64,000 nt of DNA from Podarcis liolepis (Eukaryota): NCBI GenBank assembly GCA_965112155.1, contig OZ218098.1; one strand, written 5' to 3'. Under the pieces are notes generated by a model. The model did no database searches, was not told the origin of the DNA, and saw only the letters and a list, made by a program, of their open reading frames with translations. Numbering within the stretch: position 1 is the stretch's first letter; each line of letters starts with the position of its first letter. The position numbers and the translations under genes are program-made. This document shows positions 1 through 12,696 of this stretch, one piece after another.

Positions 1-1259
1 ATATTTACTAGTTGCAAATTGTATAAAAGGCTTGGTGATGTATTTGTTTGGGGTTTTGATCCATCTATTGACCTACTGCAGTAGAATCAAATAAATAAAG
101 GGGTAACCACCGGGTGCCTTACTGGTTATCTGTGGTCTTGCCTGTTTATTTAAAGACAACCAAAATCCTACCTAGGGTGAACTGCATTTCCATGTCAGGT
201 AGATTCAGGGAGAAGGAAGGGAAGGGAAATACAGTTCTGGTTTTGTAAGCTGTTTTCTGCTAAAACCACCATTGGTAGGTGGGTTAGTCTCCCCCCCCAT
301 ACTTTGCAGGGGAATTTTTAGGGGATGGGGGGAGGGAAGGAAAAGATCACCCCAAGTAATTTGAACTTGTCTTATTGGGGTGTTCTGTGACAAAGTGTTG
401 TCTGCCGTTTTTACATGCACAAAGCATATTTAAAAAGGTGTTTGAATGTGTGTTTAAATCACGGTGAAGCATTTTTACTAGGCAGTAAAGACACCACACT
501 TCGCGCCCTGGCCATGAATGAGTAGAATAAACGTTTCCACATTTATTGAAAAAGGGTTACCATTGGAATTAAATATTAAATGCTGCATTAATAACACAGT
601 AAAATAACAATATGAGTAGAAGCTTAATGAGATCACAAAGAAGGGCAATTTGAGAGTCAACAGTTGCTGTGCAGCCTGTGGAGAGAGCTCAAGTAATTGG
701 CAGTGAAGAGAAATTAGACAGATTTTACTAGTTAAATAAGATTTTAATGAAAACAAGTATATTAAACCTTTCTTGTTTCTGGGGCAATCCACTGGAAAAT
801 TCTTTAGTAAAGAATCATTCATAGCACAGTTCTTCAACATAAATATGATAATATATTTATATAAATTAAACATGCATATGAAGCTGAGTAATATGAAACA
901 GCGATGTGCTGGCTAGGGAAAGGGAGCTGGAGCCTGGATGTGTGTCGATTGACACTATGCCATTGGTTAGTGTCAGAATAATGTAGCCCACAGGTACAGA
1001 AGGGTTTCACTTCCATTCTTCAAATGAATGGTTTCACGTAAGGCAGGTATTTTGAACCTTTTCAGACCAAGGATTCACTTTTCAGTCAAACATGTATTTG
1101 GAGATCCATCTCTTACCTTTTTGTCACATATATGCATGGTGGTAGTGCTCCTGCCACAACCCACCTTGGATCAGGCCATAACCCACTAGTGAGCCCTGAC
1201 CCACCAGTTGAAGACCAGTGACCAAGGCATTTCCAGGGGAAATGTGCTTATAATCCAGT

Positions 1260-1571
1260 CAGTGGCAGAGGAAGGGGGTGTGGCATGCCTTGGGTGTCAT
1301 CACTGGGGGTTTGTGTGGACAAAATGAGTTTGGTTTTTTAAATGGGCTCACGAAACTTTTTAGGAGTGATGTGGTGGGTTATGTGCCTGTGGGTTCCGCG
1401 CTGCCTGAAATGGCAGCATGGGACTTGTGTCTGCCTACTGATTCTCCCGCCTTACAGCTGAGGAGGAGGCGTCAGAGAGGGTCACCCTGCCCCCATGGGC
1501 AGATCACCCTGCCCCCGGCTGCAGGACACCCCCCCCCTCACCAGGCACCCGAGTGGCTATCTATGCCGCTG
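1260..1571. mobile_element. Non-autonomous hAT DNA transposon (MITE)
   Basis: Ends CAGTGGCAGAG / CTATGCCGCTG form an imperfect TIR. Perfect 8-bp TSD AATCCAGT at 1252-1259 and 1572-1579. The 5' part resembles the element at 33998. Confidence 0.85.
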
Positions 1572-1760
1572 AATCCAGTGAGAGAGAGAGATGTTCTGGG
1601 GAAAGGACAGACATAACATGTCTTCTGCAAGTGGACAGCTGGAATACCAGCGTCTGGCCTTCACAGCCTGCTCACCTGTACTGACTGCTGCACACTAGCC
1701 ATTTTGGACTGACAGAAGACCTGCAAGAGTTCTAGCAGAACAGCTGCCTGTTTGTATAGC

Positions 1761-1878
1761 GGAGATAATAACTCAGTAGTGCAGAAAACATGGTCCTAGG
1801 TTCAATCCCAGTTAAAAGGAATAGGCAATGGCAAAGCCCCCGGAGAACTGCTATGGGTCAGAGTATACCCACTGGAGA
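1761..1878 (+). mobile_element. Degraded tRNA-derived SINE fragment
   Basis: B-box GGTTCAATCCC at 1799-1809, followed by GGAGAACTGCT..GTCAGAGTA resembling the SINE body at 44707. Confidence 0.5.
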
Positions 1879-2820
1879 ATGTGCCATTGGTGAAGGTTTT
1901 GAGAATAGTTCGTTTAGGTTGGAAAGACGGGCAGATTTTCATTTGATGGTTTCTTTAAAAATAAACATAAGATTATTTTGCTGCTGTCACTGACAAGATC
2001 AGTTCAATTTACTTTTCATATCAGTCAGCAGGAGGAGACAGATTTAAGATTGGCGTGCGCACACCCCCCTTTTGCAGCCTCTTAGAACTTTCCTCCAGAT
2101 CTGTATCCCCTTCTAACCTCAGAGGAGCAATTACTTTGTTGACTGCTGAGGTCTCATGCCCAAAGAGATAGCGGGAGGTCAGCTTGTCTTCATTCTGGTT
2201 TGCTTTCAATCTGTACTGTGTGGGTGGCAAGCTGAGCTTGGCAGTCAGTGTCTTTTCTGAAGGTGCTTTGAATTCCCAAGCAGTAATGGTTGTCTCTGAT
2301 CACTATTCTCTCACTCGCCTATCACAGCAGGATTCCCTGAATGCAGATAGGGAGGCAGGAGTGCTGGAAGCAGAGAGGAGAAAATGTTGGCAGCGTTCTT
2401 GTGCCAGCACTTCTATATGCTATCAGTCTCTCACCTTGGGATTAGTCAGTGATTTCTAAGCTCCATTCCTGTTCTGCACTAAGTCGTACATTTTAGTGAT
2501 ATTTCGGAAAAATCGCCTCCACCATAAATGATAAGCTAGACAACAGGACTAGTGTATAACATAGCCAATTAGTAAAGCAAACTTCAGTGGCTTTTGAGCC
2601 CTGTGCTTGATGCAGGTAATGAATATGAGTTCAGCAATAACTTGAAAAGGTAGTTTGTATGTGCCATATATAGCTACATAATATGCAACAGATGTCTTTC
2701 TGTCAGCTTGGTAAAACATTTTACCAGGCCAAGTATATTCCTAGGTGAGACAACAGGCCAGATATTTGCCCTGCTTGCTGGTACACACTCTTAGCAATAT
2801 GGGTATAAATACAAAACTAC

Positions 2821-2979
2821 TAGGAAGACAGGAAGTTGTCTTTGGTCCATCTAGCTGAGAATTATCTACATACTCCAGGATTTCAGACCTTTCCCTTCTC
2901 TACCTGGAGATGCCAGGGATATAACCTATGTTTCACTACTCAAAAAATACATACTCTGTTACTGAACCACAGGCTTTCC
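2821..2979 (-). mobile_element. Degraded tRNA-derived SINE, same family as 44707
   Basis: TAGGAAG..TTGGTCCATCTAGCT..CCTGGAGATGCCAGGGAT matches the reverse complement of the 44707 element. Confidence 0.55.
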
Positions 2980-5604
2980 TAACTATGTGGAACTCCTCAG
3001 GACTGTAAAACCCAAATGTGTTTGAAATCTACCTATCATTGCACTCTTTATGTATAACCCTGTTTTCACTCTCTTTTTTGAATTAAGCTACAGTATGATC
3101 GCGCCTTGTGAGTTACCTTCCAGGGATGGCACTTGGACACAAAACATGTCTGCCCAAACATCCTCTGTGTGAACAGCCTAACCTGGATGTTCCCCAAGGC
3201 TCTGGGATGATCTTGGGTGGGCTCCCAAAGCCTGGTAAGCAAGTCTGAGAACTTAAAAGTTGAGAAAGCCACCGGAAAAGTAACATTAAAGCTCTCTACC
3301 TTGCATGTAATTAATTTGCAGTATTTCAACCAACTGGCTTTCAACCGCACAAGGTTGAAATTGTGCAAGTTAACTGCATGCAAGATGTGATCATGCAAGT
3401 CTTGATCATACCAGGAGAGAAGACCCCCAGGATAGTGTACATAACTATGTATTTCTTGAGGGACATAAGGGAAGAAATATAACAAATAGCAATAAAAACT
3501 ATAGCAGAAGGACTGTTTTTTTTAAAACACACACACACACACGAAACAATAAAAACAAATTGAAACCAGTAGTATTCTAGTAATCAGGAAAAGGGCAAGG
3601 GAGGAAAGGGTTGTAGAGCACAACTTCTTTTTTTCAGAGCAACTACCATGGGAGATCCCTGCCACAGATCTTTTTCTACATCATGTCTAATAGGTCCTCA
3701 GTCTGTGGGTCAATCCATTCTTCACTGCTAGTACAATCTTCATGTTCTATCCTGTAGTTTGTATAAAACTAGATGTTACATGCAATTCATTTCCCACTGA
3801 CTTTTAAGCCCAAAGCAGGCTTGAGAATTTTTAAGGAGACGAATGGCAGGAGGAGAGAAGCGTTGCTTAACCATTTCCCCTTCATCTCCACCCCCCGACC
3901 AACACCCTTTTTTGCTAAGCTGCTCTTTTACTTAGGGGTATGGGGGTCTTAAATTGAGAAACAGCTGAAAATGCTTATGGGTTCCTTCTGGCTCTTTATA
4001 TAATCTAATAGCTATCAGGCATGTGTTTGTATGAATAGTCAGGTTAACTGAGAGAGAGCGCAAACTCCTGACACACGGTGTTGGAGGAAGTTTGAATGGG
4101 GCAGAAGTTGTCTCCCTCCTTGCCTCAGATCTGCTGGCACAAAGGTCCCTGATTTATTCACCAAAAGGGCTTGTGGAAGCTGCCACTACCGGTGTCCCAT
4201 GCCAGCCCTTGAAAGAAGTATTTGCGGGGGTTGTATGATGGTGGAGATGGGACAGCAAAGGGATGTAAGCTGGTCCAGCCCCTGGTAAGCAGCCTGATCC
4301 AGGCCCCTCTGTTGTGTCAGCCTAGAGCCAGATCAGCAATCAGTGCAATTACTCCTCTCTCACACACATAACCGTTCACCTTGGCTCATATCATTGGCAG
4401 GGCTTCAGGTGCAGCTATGGTTCTGCCACTCCATCCAGCCTTGCTGCCCCTGGACAAAAGTTTGGTTTGCACCCTAAGTTTAGGTTGATTTGTCTGCAGC
4501 CAGACCAGCTACACTGCCTTTCTGTGGTAGCACAGTTGGTGGGTGTTAGAAGGAGATCTGTTCATGGAAATAACCCAAAGAAATAAACAGCCCGAGCACT
4601 AAAACCTCTGGGATTTTAAAAAGCCATGTAAAATTGCATTAGAGTTTGACAGGTTATTAGTAAGAACTAGAGCTGTTCTAATTTGTTGTTAAAAAGTTGT
4701 CAGCGATATTTTCCCCAAAATGACAGGACATAGCCGAAACATATGGACCAGTTGCCTGTGAATGCTGCATCCCCTATCTTTTTGCAATATGTCCACATCA
4801 AAAGCATTTTGGGAGATAAAAAGCCTAAACCAGAAGTGAACAGATAGTGACTGACCTCAGAACAAATCTTCATTATGGCTGTGCATTGTTTCTTCCAGTT
4901 TTTCTGTTTCACTTCTACCCTCAAGCAAGACATATTAATTGTAAGTTTAATTAATCACTTCAAAAGCAAACAACAAGAACACTGTATCCACCACTATAGT
5001 CCTATTTATGATGCAGTTTCTGGATGCAAGTGCATGTAGGTCAGCAATTGCTCAGTGTCTATGAAGACAGGGCTATGTATATATTTCGGCAACCCAAACC
5101 TGCAGGGAACAAAGCTTTGGCTGGTGAAAGACAGCAGGCTGTGGAGTGCCAGCAAATGCCACCTTGCCTAGTCATCTGCTCTTATCTTTCGTGTGCATTC
5201 ATGGGGGGCAGTGGAGGTAAGAGGGCATTTTGAAGAGCTGTGAATTTCACTGGCAGGTGTTTATGCTGCAGTGATGGCATTATAAATGTTCAGGAAGCTG
5301 AAAGGCTTTCAGTCTTAAGTAGCTGTGACACTAGTAAATCCTAGAGCTAAATACACTGAGAGTGAACTAAAATAGCACAGGTCTCCCACGGTGCACTGAC
5401 AGGAGTAAAAGGACAACCCCTGAGAACCCATTGTTCTATGTAGGGCCACTTTCTGGAATTCTGCCATTAGCAGCCCTGTTGATTTCTAATTGACCCTGAC
5501 TTTTCTCAAGACATGTAAATACAGGGAGGTTGTGATAAAGGTGCTCTGATTTTCTATGGAAGTTGGAAGACCTCTTTTGGATATTAATGTCCCTTCAGTG
5601 TTTA

Positions 5605-6470
5605 TATGATTGACTGATTTCAATGTCTGCTGCTAAAAAGTAGTCTCAAGGCACCTTGCTATATAAAATGCAATAATATACTGTAAAGTGCAAATACAGG
5701 GTAGAGACAATAATTTAAACCACACCCCAAGAATGAAATACACAGCTCTAAAACAAAGTGATTCCATCCCCCCCCCCCCGGAACATTAATATAATCACTG
5801 CTGATGCAAAAATTATTTTAAAAGCCTGTCAGAACACATTATCAGCCATCAAATGCCTGGAAGATACAGGAAAGTCCTTACCTGGTAATGGTTTGTAATG
5901 GTGTGAGTCTTATTGAGGGCATCATTCCACAGATGGTGGGGGGCACTGTTGTGAAGGCCTTCTGATATTTCTCAGAGCAGAGCTGCTGATGAGAACCTCA
6001 GGGTCACGGTAGGTTCATGTCAGAAGAAGCATTCCTCAAGGTATTGGTGTCCTGAGCTTTGTAAGGTTTTATAGGTGAAAATTTTGAATTGAGCTCACAA
6101 ATGTACAGTCATACCTCGGGTTGCGAACGCTGTGGGTTGCGTGTTTTCAGGTTGTGGACTGCACTGAATCTGGAAGTACTGGAACAGGTTACTTCTGGGT
6201 TTCTGCACTCACGCATGTGCAGAAGCGCAAAATGATATCACACGCATGCACAGGAGTTCTGAATCACGTCGCGCATGTGCGCAGACACAGCACTATGGGT
6301 TGCGAACGCTGCAGGTTGCAAACGTGCCTCCTGCACGGATCATGTTCACAACCCAAGGTATGACTGTATTGGCATCCATTGCAGGTGGCCTAGAGCTGGT
6401 GTAAGGCTATCATATTTCTGATGGTTAAAAAATTGACTGCTGGAATTCTGCATCAGCTGTAGTTACCAGT
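5605..6470 (-). mobile_element. Old L2-type LINE 3' fragment interrupted by a MITE
   Basis: CATTCCACAGATGG..GAAGGCC..TCAAGGTATTGGTGTCCTGAGC..TTTTGAATTGAGCTC..[MITE]..TATTGGCATCCATTGCAG..GAATTCTGCATCAGCTG resembles the antisense L2 ORF2 end and 3'UTR. Boundaries are approximate. Confidence 0.55.
6106..6366. mobile_element. Tc1/mariner (pogo/Tigger-like) MITE
   Basis: TIRs CAGTCATACCTCGGGTTG / CAACCCAAGGTATGACTG, with TA at 6104-6105 and 6367-6368. Internal repeated GGTTGCGAAC-like motif. Confidence 0.9.
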
Positions 6471-9400
6471 TCCACCAGGCATTGCACTAGACTGACTCTC
6501 CATGCCTCACTCCTCCCTTCTCCCCTCTCCTTCTTGGTGCTAGTGACTGTCTGGGTAAGTTATGTACCTGGAAGAAACAGCAGCAGTGGGTGGTAAAGTG
6601 CAGGGGCATCTGCTCGGTTAAGAGCAATCAGATCAGAAGAGGATTATGTGGTAGTGATGAAGGTTTACACCTTCCAGGGCCAGCTTCCATAAGAATGTTT
6701 TGTTTGTCAGCTCATCTCCTCAACCTGTTGTAATTGCCGATACCTATATAGTTTAGTTATTTGATCTACTTGTAATTCCAAATGTGGTTGTTCAAAGACA
6801 TGTTGCTCTCACTTGCTTTGCAGAATTGGTGCAGAGATGAATAGTTTAATTTGTATCATGTTTTCCTAGGTGTTCACAGTTTCATTTGGCTCCATTGCTG
6901 TTCAGTAATAAGTGTTATTGCCTGTTTAATGTGCTGTCTGCATCTGCAGCAGAATCTTTCCCCCCTTATTCACAGTGATGATGCCTCAAGGAGATGGGGT
7001 TCATCAGCGTTCTTGAACTCCCATATTTTTTCTCTGATGTAAAGGTTGCCTGATGTGTTTTTCAGGAGAAGAGGAGGGAAACTCTAATGGTGTTAGGTTA
7101 TAGCAACTAAACGGGAGATTGATTTAGCTGACACATTACAGTGGAATCTCTTTGTAGTTATTATGGGCTCTGCCAATGGCCAGTAATGAAAAGCAAGAGT
7201 AGTAATCAATTTATAATTACAAATAATACTGCGTGGCAAAAATGGAACATAACAGAATTTTCAGAGTTCATCACAGATGTGTCTGCGTGAATAACATGTT
7301 CCTGGAGAACATTTTGGGACTTAAGGGACCTGAGTTGCTTGGAGAGCTGTTCAGAAACAGCAGAAGTGAAACTTGAAAGAAAAAGAAAATTGCTAAGAGG
7401 TAATTTCTCTGTTCCATCCAGAGCTGTCTTTAAGTTAAAAATAACTGCTTTCTCTGTGAAGAGATGAAATTTGTGTGCGCAACTTCTGTCAAAGCAGTGC
7501 TTGGAAACAAAGGTGAATTCAAGACGTATTGCAAACAGCCAGGAGTCTATAACCTGGATTCGGTGTGTTTTGAATTTATGGTTTGGATATGCATTGTTAT
7601 TCTGCACCTAAATGTGCTGTAGAGTCTGTCCCCTGTAGCAGAATTTGTCTCAAGTATCTGCTTTTAGTCCTACAGTGTTTTACATGAAGATGGCTTGTGA
7701 CAACATGGAGCCTTATAGTTCACAGGGCCTGGGTAAACAATTCCTTCTGTGCAAGTAGCTGACCAAATCCACCAGTCATGTTGTTCTGGGACTAGGATGG
7801 GGTAGGGATTTGTTCAGTCTACTTTTTGCAGTGAAGCAGCCTGATCCAACAGTCCTGAACTTGCTCAAAATACAGCTTCTGTCAGATTGCACAGTTCTCC
7901 GGATTTTGCGATGTGGTTTCAGCACATAAAAAGTGTACACAGAAATTGTTGTTACATGCCACCTCAATATCCAAGTGGTGTGAGGTTGCAGGGGTCTGTG
8001 GTGTTTCCTTTGGGACAATGAGGCACAGTGGAGACTGTGTTGTCTTTGTGATATATGTTTTATTTACACACATATATACAACCTGAGCCTAGATAGAGTG
8101 AAGAGCATTTGCATCTCAGGAGGGTCCTGTTCCTTCCATTGCTGCAGTCTCATCTTTCAAGAGAACCCAAACATCTTGTCTGACTCTCTCTGCAGGATAA
8201 AACAGACATCCTGCCTTCAACCCTGCTCTCCTCCAAACTTGCAAAAGTGACACTTCCCCCCCTATTCGCTTAAATCATCCAAATTGAAATTTTACACCCT
8301 TTAAATCCCTTTGCCTCTGCCCACTAGCATGTAGCTGGAGGAGGGGCCACACCACTCCTTGTTTGGTATAGTTTACACCCTCCTAATGGCTTTCTTGGTG
8401 GGTTAATGACTTGGCCATTATTAGCTTTGTTCTTCCAATGACCCACATGCAGCAAGCTATACTTGGCTTGTTAGCAGAAGCTGAATCCAGCAGTGTTTGG
8501 CACAGTTTAATCCAATCTTGATTAATTCTAACTTCTACTAAATCCAGGAATTTAAGGGGATCTGCCCCCCCCCCAAACTCAGAGCAATACACATTTCACA
8601 CAGATGTGTACAAAATGCATATTGTATGGATGAATGCATTGAAAAATGTATTTTATGTAAAATGTATGTACAAAATGTGTGCAAAAAATGCATACAATGT
8701 AAATGCAAATTTTTAATGTGTTCTTTTTAAAAAATCCACACAAAATGGGATGGAGTATATGAATTGAAATCAAGCAAAACTGAACCTGGATGGAATTAGA
8801 CTGTTCAACCTGTCTCTATCCATGAGGCACATATAATATATAGTTAGATCTACACTGTTGGAGCTAGTATGCTTTTGAATACCATTTCTCAAAATATCTG
8901 TACGCAAGGGACCCAGGAAACTTTCTTTGGCTGAAGCAAAACAGTTACTTTTTCTTTTCAAGGAAAAAGTATTCTTATGCAAAATCAAAGCATTGCATAT
9001 ATTTGCACTCCTTCTGGAAAACAAACTCGAAATATCATTTACAGCCTTTGCAAATCTGACACCAATCACATTTGTTTTCAGAAGCCATTTCCTCTGCCAA
9101 TATTCAGACCCTGGAAGAGCTGAGTTAACAAACAGATAGATACTGATAGTGTATATTCTTTGTGAAGTAACATGTTTTAGAGTTAACATTTAATAGAGAA
9201 CAAGTTACGCTGCACATATGTACAGATGAAATGTGCTAACTGGTCACAACTGAATGTGTGCAGAATCAGAAAGGACCTTACATCTGCAATCACTTCTTTT
9301 CATCACTGAAGGTACCAGTGCAAATTACGGTATGTTAAGAAAAAAATAATCAGGCAATAAAGGAGAGAGATAATAGCCATTAATTCTAAGCACTGGGAGT

Positions 9401-9857
9401 CATAGAGAAAAGCTCAAGGGCGCATTTCACACTGTCACACTAGATTAGTGGTGTGAAAAACTTCAAATTGATTCCCCCAGCCAAGCTCTTCTATCTTTTG
9501 CCATGTGACAGAAGAGAGACAAACTGGAAAGAGTAGTTATCAAGTTTATTTAAATCAGTAAAAGTTTGCATGCAAATTCACATATGTTACTGTCTAAGTT
9601 CATGCACTGTCAGTTAATTTGGTTTTTCAAAACTGATTTTATTTTGTTTACAGAGCTCTCACTTTTAGATTTTATCTTATTTACGGAGCTCCAACATTTA
9701 TGGGTATAATATCCTCTGACAAGAACTCCAAATCCCCATTAGTCACCAAAATGACTAGGAAGAAAGTGCATAAACCTTGGAAAGTTTATAATGAAATACT
9801 TTAAAAATTAAAACTGTCTTGGTTCTTTCTCATACTAGTATTAATTTTTATTTGCAG

Positions 9858-9885
9858 AATTTAAAACTTGGCAGCAAAAGTGCAG
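9858..9885 (+). other. Candidate 28-nt exon (unverified, host gene unknown)
   Basis: Acceptor TTAATTTTTATTTGCAG| and donor CAG|GTAGGA. Two frames are open (NLKLGSKSA or FKTWQQKC). I do not recognise either peptide. Confidence 0.3.
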
Positions 9886-11355
9886 GTAGGATTTAATATA
9901 AATTCAAGTGAATGCACATTTTCCTCCAGTTCCAAACTGGATGCTACTAAATGTATGATCATCTCTGAAAATAGCAACTTTGTATCAAGTTGCACTTACA
10001 CTTTCTGTGTACTGTAATGCATATGACAATTTGTGTCATGGTGCCCTGTGTGTCCCTTGCTCCTCACCAGGCCTCAATGATGTGGACTAGTGGCAGGTTA
10101 GCACAATAAGTTGTGATGTGAGAAAGCAGGGGAATTTATTTTGTTGAGCAGGATTTATATGCCACTTAACCATCCATAACCTCTTAGCAGTTTACATAGT
10201 ATTCATTGAAGATACTGATAAAATCAAATGTTAAAAGCAGGGTAACCATTTTTGTCTCCAAAATGTAATGACGTATAAGTAAAGTCAGCAGTTATTAAAA
10301 TATACATAAGAACATTAATTTACATGTAACTGTTATTCAGTTTCTAATTTTTCCAGTCCTAAATTCACTTTGCACCATTTCTGAATTTGCTTTTGGTACA
10401 GATTTCAGGGCTGGAGAACTGCATGATAAAATTCAGAGAAGTACAAATTTCAAAGATAACTAGGTTTCAGTTCCAGGATTGCCTCAAGAAGTGAAAATTG
10501 AGTACATTTGCAAACAATTTTTCTTCCCCAACCCTAGTTGTACATTATGAAAAGGGGGGAGCCAGGTGGGTTGGCATTTTCTGGGCAGGCTATGCTTTTA
10601 TCCAGTTGTTACTCATGGTGGGAAACTCTTGTCTAGTACATAGTGGAAATTGAGATTATCTGAAGGAGTATTATTGTTTGTTGTCGTCCCCCCAAGTTTG
10701 TGGTGCTCATATGACATAAACATAAAACTGAGCCTTCAGTGTTATGGACCCAGTCCTGTGAAATGCTCTTCCAACTACCATTTCCTGGAGACTTTTAGAA
10801 ATGCATTTTTAACCAAGGAAACCTATACATACTCAGAAGTAAGACTGATTGAGTTCATTGGGCCTTATTCACAGGTAACTTGGAACTGCATTGCAGCCTC
10901 GGTGTCATTTTGCATGTGGACTATATTGAATTAGATGGGAATTAAGCTAGTTGTGATTAATACATAACATTAATTTCAAGAAATAAATACCCCCAAGTAA
11001 GGGTAGTCCTGGAATTTATAATGCACATGGGATAGGCTGGTGAGGGTAAAGTTGTTATTAGAAAAACAGAACATTTCCCCCTACTTTTATATGTTTAGTG
11101 TATTATTACCATCTGGAGACTTTAGGCATTTGAGGGTCAACAACAACATTTAAATTTCCAGATTGTCGTTGTCCTTAATCACATAATATTTCTTCAACAT
11201 GGCCAACTTGTGCTTGAATAAATTATACCAGTATTCGTGCATTGCGGTATATAAAACTATCTAAGGGCATCAATTATAAATTTATACTTTTCATTTATAT
11301 AAAGACTTTCATGGCTGAGACTGCATAAGGGGAAAAAATACACTGACATTTTCAA

Positions 11356-11358
<3 letters not shown>

Positions 11359-11409
<51 letters not shown>
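11359..11409. repeat. (AAT)17 microsatellite forming the tail of the adjacent LINE
   Basis: Pure AAT run directly abutting the antisense LINE 3' end. Confidence 0.95.
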
Positions 11410-11526
11410 TTATTTATACCCTGCCCATCTGGCTGAGTTTCCCCAGCCACTCTGGGCAGCTCCCAATCAGTGTTAAAATACAGCATTACATATTAAAAAC
11501 TTCCCTGAACAGGGCTGCCTTAAGAT
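11359..11526 (-). mobile_element. Short 5'-truncated L2/CR1-group LINE 3' end
   Basis: Minus strand reads ..GCTGCCCAGAGTGGCTGGGGAAACTCAGCCAGATGGGCAGGGTATAAATAAA(TTA)n: a terminal stem-loop (TGGCTG..CAGCCA) plus a simple-repeat tail typical of lizard L2-type LINEs. Confidence 0.75.
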
Positions 11527-12109
11527 AAATTAACCTTTCCTGCCCTCTGCAAGTGTGGAACAACAGATGCAGCTCAGTTTGTTCATTGCCAATCTGCAAA
11601 AAGATAAGAGACACAATGCATTTTTTAAATATAAAAAATGTTTATTGTGCACGACAGTTTTATTTGACCATTCAATTCCAGTATTACATTACTAATATAC
11701 AATTATACCTGCTACTCTTTTATCTGATACCTTTTGAGTGGGGCTTCAGTGGTGGCAAGCAAGACAGCTTGTGTAGGGCTGCACTAAGGGGAAGATCCAT
11801 TCCGAGATGGCTGAAGAAGAGGAGGAAGATTGTTGGAGTTGCTTATAGGCAGTCTAAGCTAGTAAGCAGAACCGGTGGTTTCATTTCACACTTGCTTGTT
11901 CTTTTGTTTGGTAAATTTAGCATAAATTACCTTGTAACAAATCTGCCTTAAAACATCTGCCCTTTAAACAGATGCATCGTTCAATGAGGTCACATCCTTG
12001 TGTAGTGCACTCAAGAGCCAGTCTGCTTTAAACATTAAGATGGAAGGTGTTTCCGTCGTCCCTGCCCCCCCCATCTGAATTCGTGTTTACTAGTAGAATG
12101 CAGCAGGTA

Positions 12110-12696
12110 CAGTGGTACCCCGCAAGACGAATGCCTCGCAAGACGGAAAACCCGCAAGACGAAAGGGTTTTCTGTTTTGGAGGCGCTTCGCAAGACGAAT
12201 TTCCCTATGGGCTTGCCTGCCTTCACGGGCGCTGCCTTTCTCCGCTGTCGCCGACGGCTTTTGAAGGCAGGCGGGGGGGGGAAAGACCTCTTCTGAAGGC
12301 CGGCGGGGGGCGAAAGTCTTTCCCCCCCCTGCCTGCCTTCCCAGAGGCTTTTAAATCGCCCTGGACAGCAGAGAAGTCCTCCGCTGTCTGGGGCGATTTT
12401 AAAATGCCGCCCGCCAGCATTTTAAGATCGCCCCGGACAGCGGAGAAGTCCTCCGCTGTCCCGGGGTTTTTTAAAATGCTGGGGGTGGGAAGAAAAGCCC
12501 TTGTCCCCCCCCCCAAGCCTTCAGAAGAGGTCCGGGGACAGACTGTCCCCGGACCTGGTCTGAAGGCGGTTTCCCTAGGAACGCATTAATTGATTTTCAA
12601 TGCATTCCTATGGGAAACCGTGCATCGCAAGACGAAAAACTCGCAAGACGAAGAGACTTGCGGAACGAATTAATTTCGTCTTGCGAGGCACCACTG
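12110..12696. mobile_element. Tc1/mariner (pogo/Tigger-like) MITE, 587 bp, CpG-rich
   Basis: TIRs CAGTGGTACCCCGCAAGACGAA / TTCGTCTTGCGAGGCACCACTG. TA at 12108-12109 and 12697-12698. Six direct CGCAAGACG motifs plus one inverted. Confidence 0.92.

Noticed and set aside
309-336. G-quadruplex-like G runs
   Set aside because: These are common in this genome type, include one long loop, and have no supporting context.
12035-12589. 180-aa and overlapping ORFs
   Set aside because: They lie almost entirely in a GC-rich MITE. The repeated peptide (TAEKSSAV) reflects the hairpin duplication, and there is no transposase motif.
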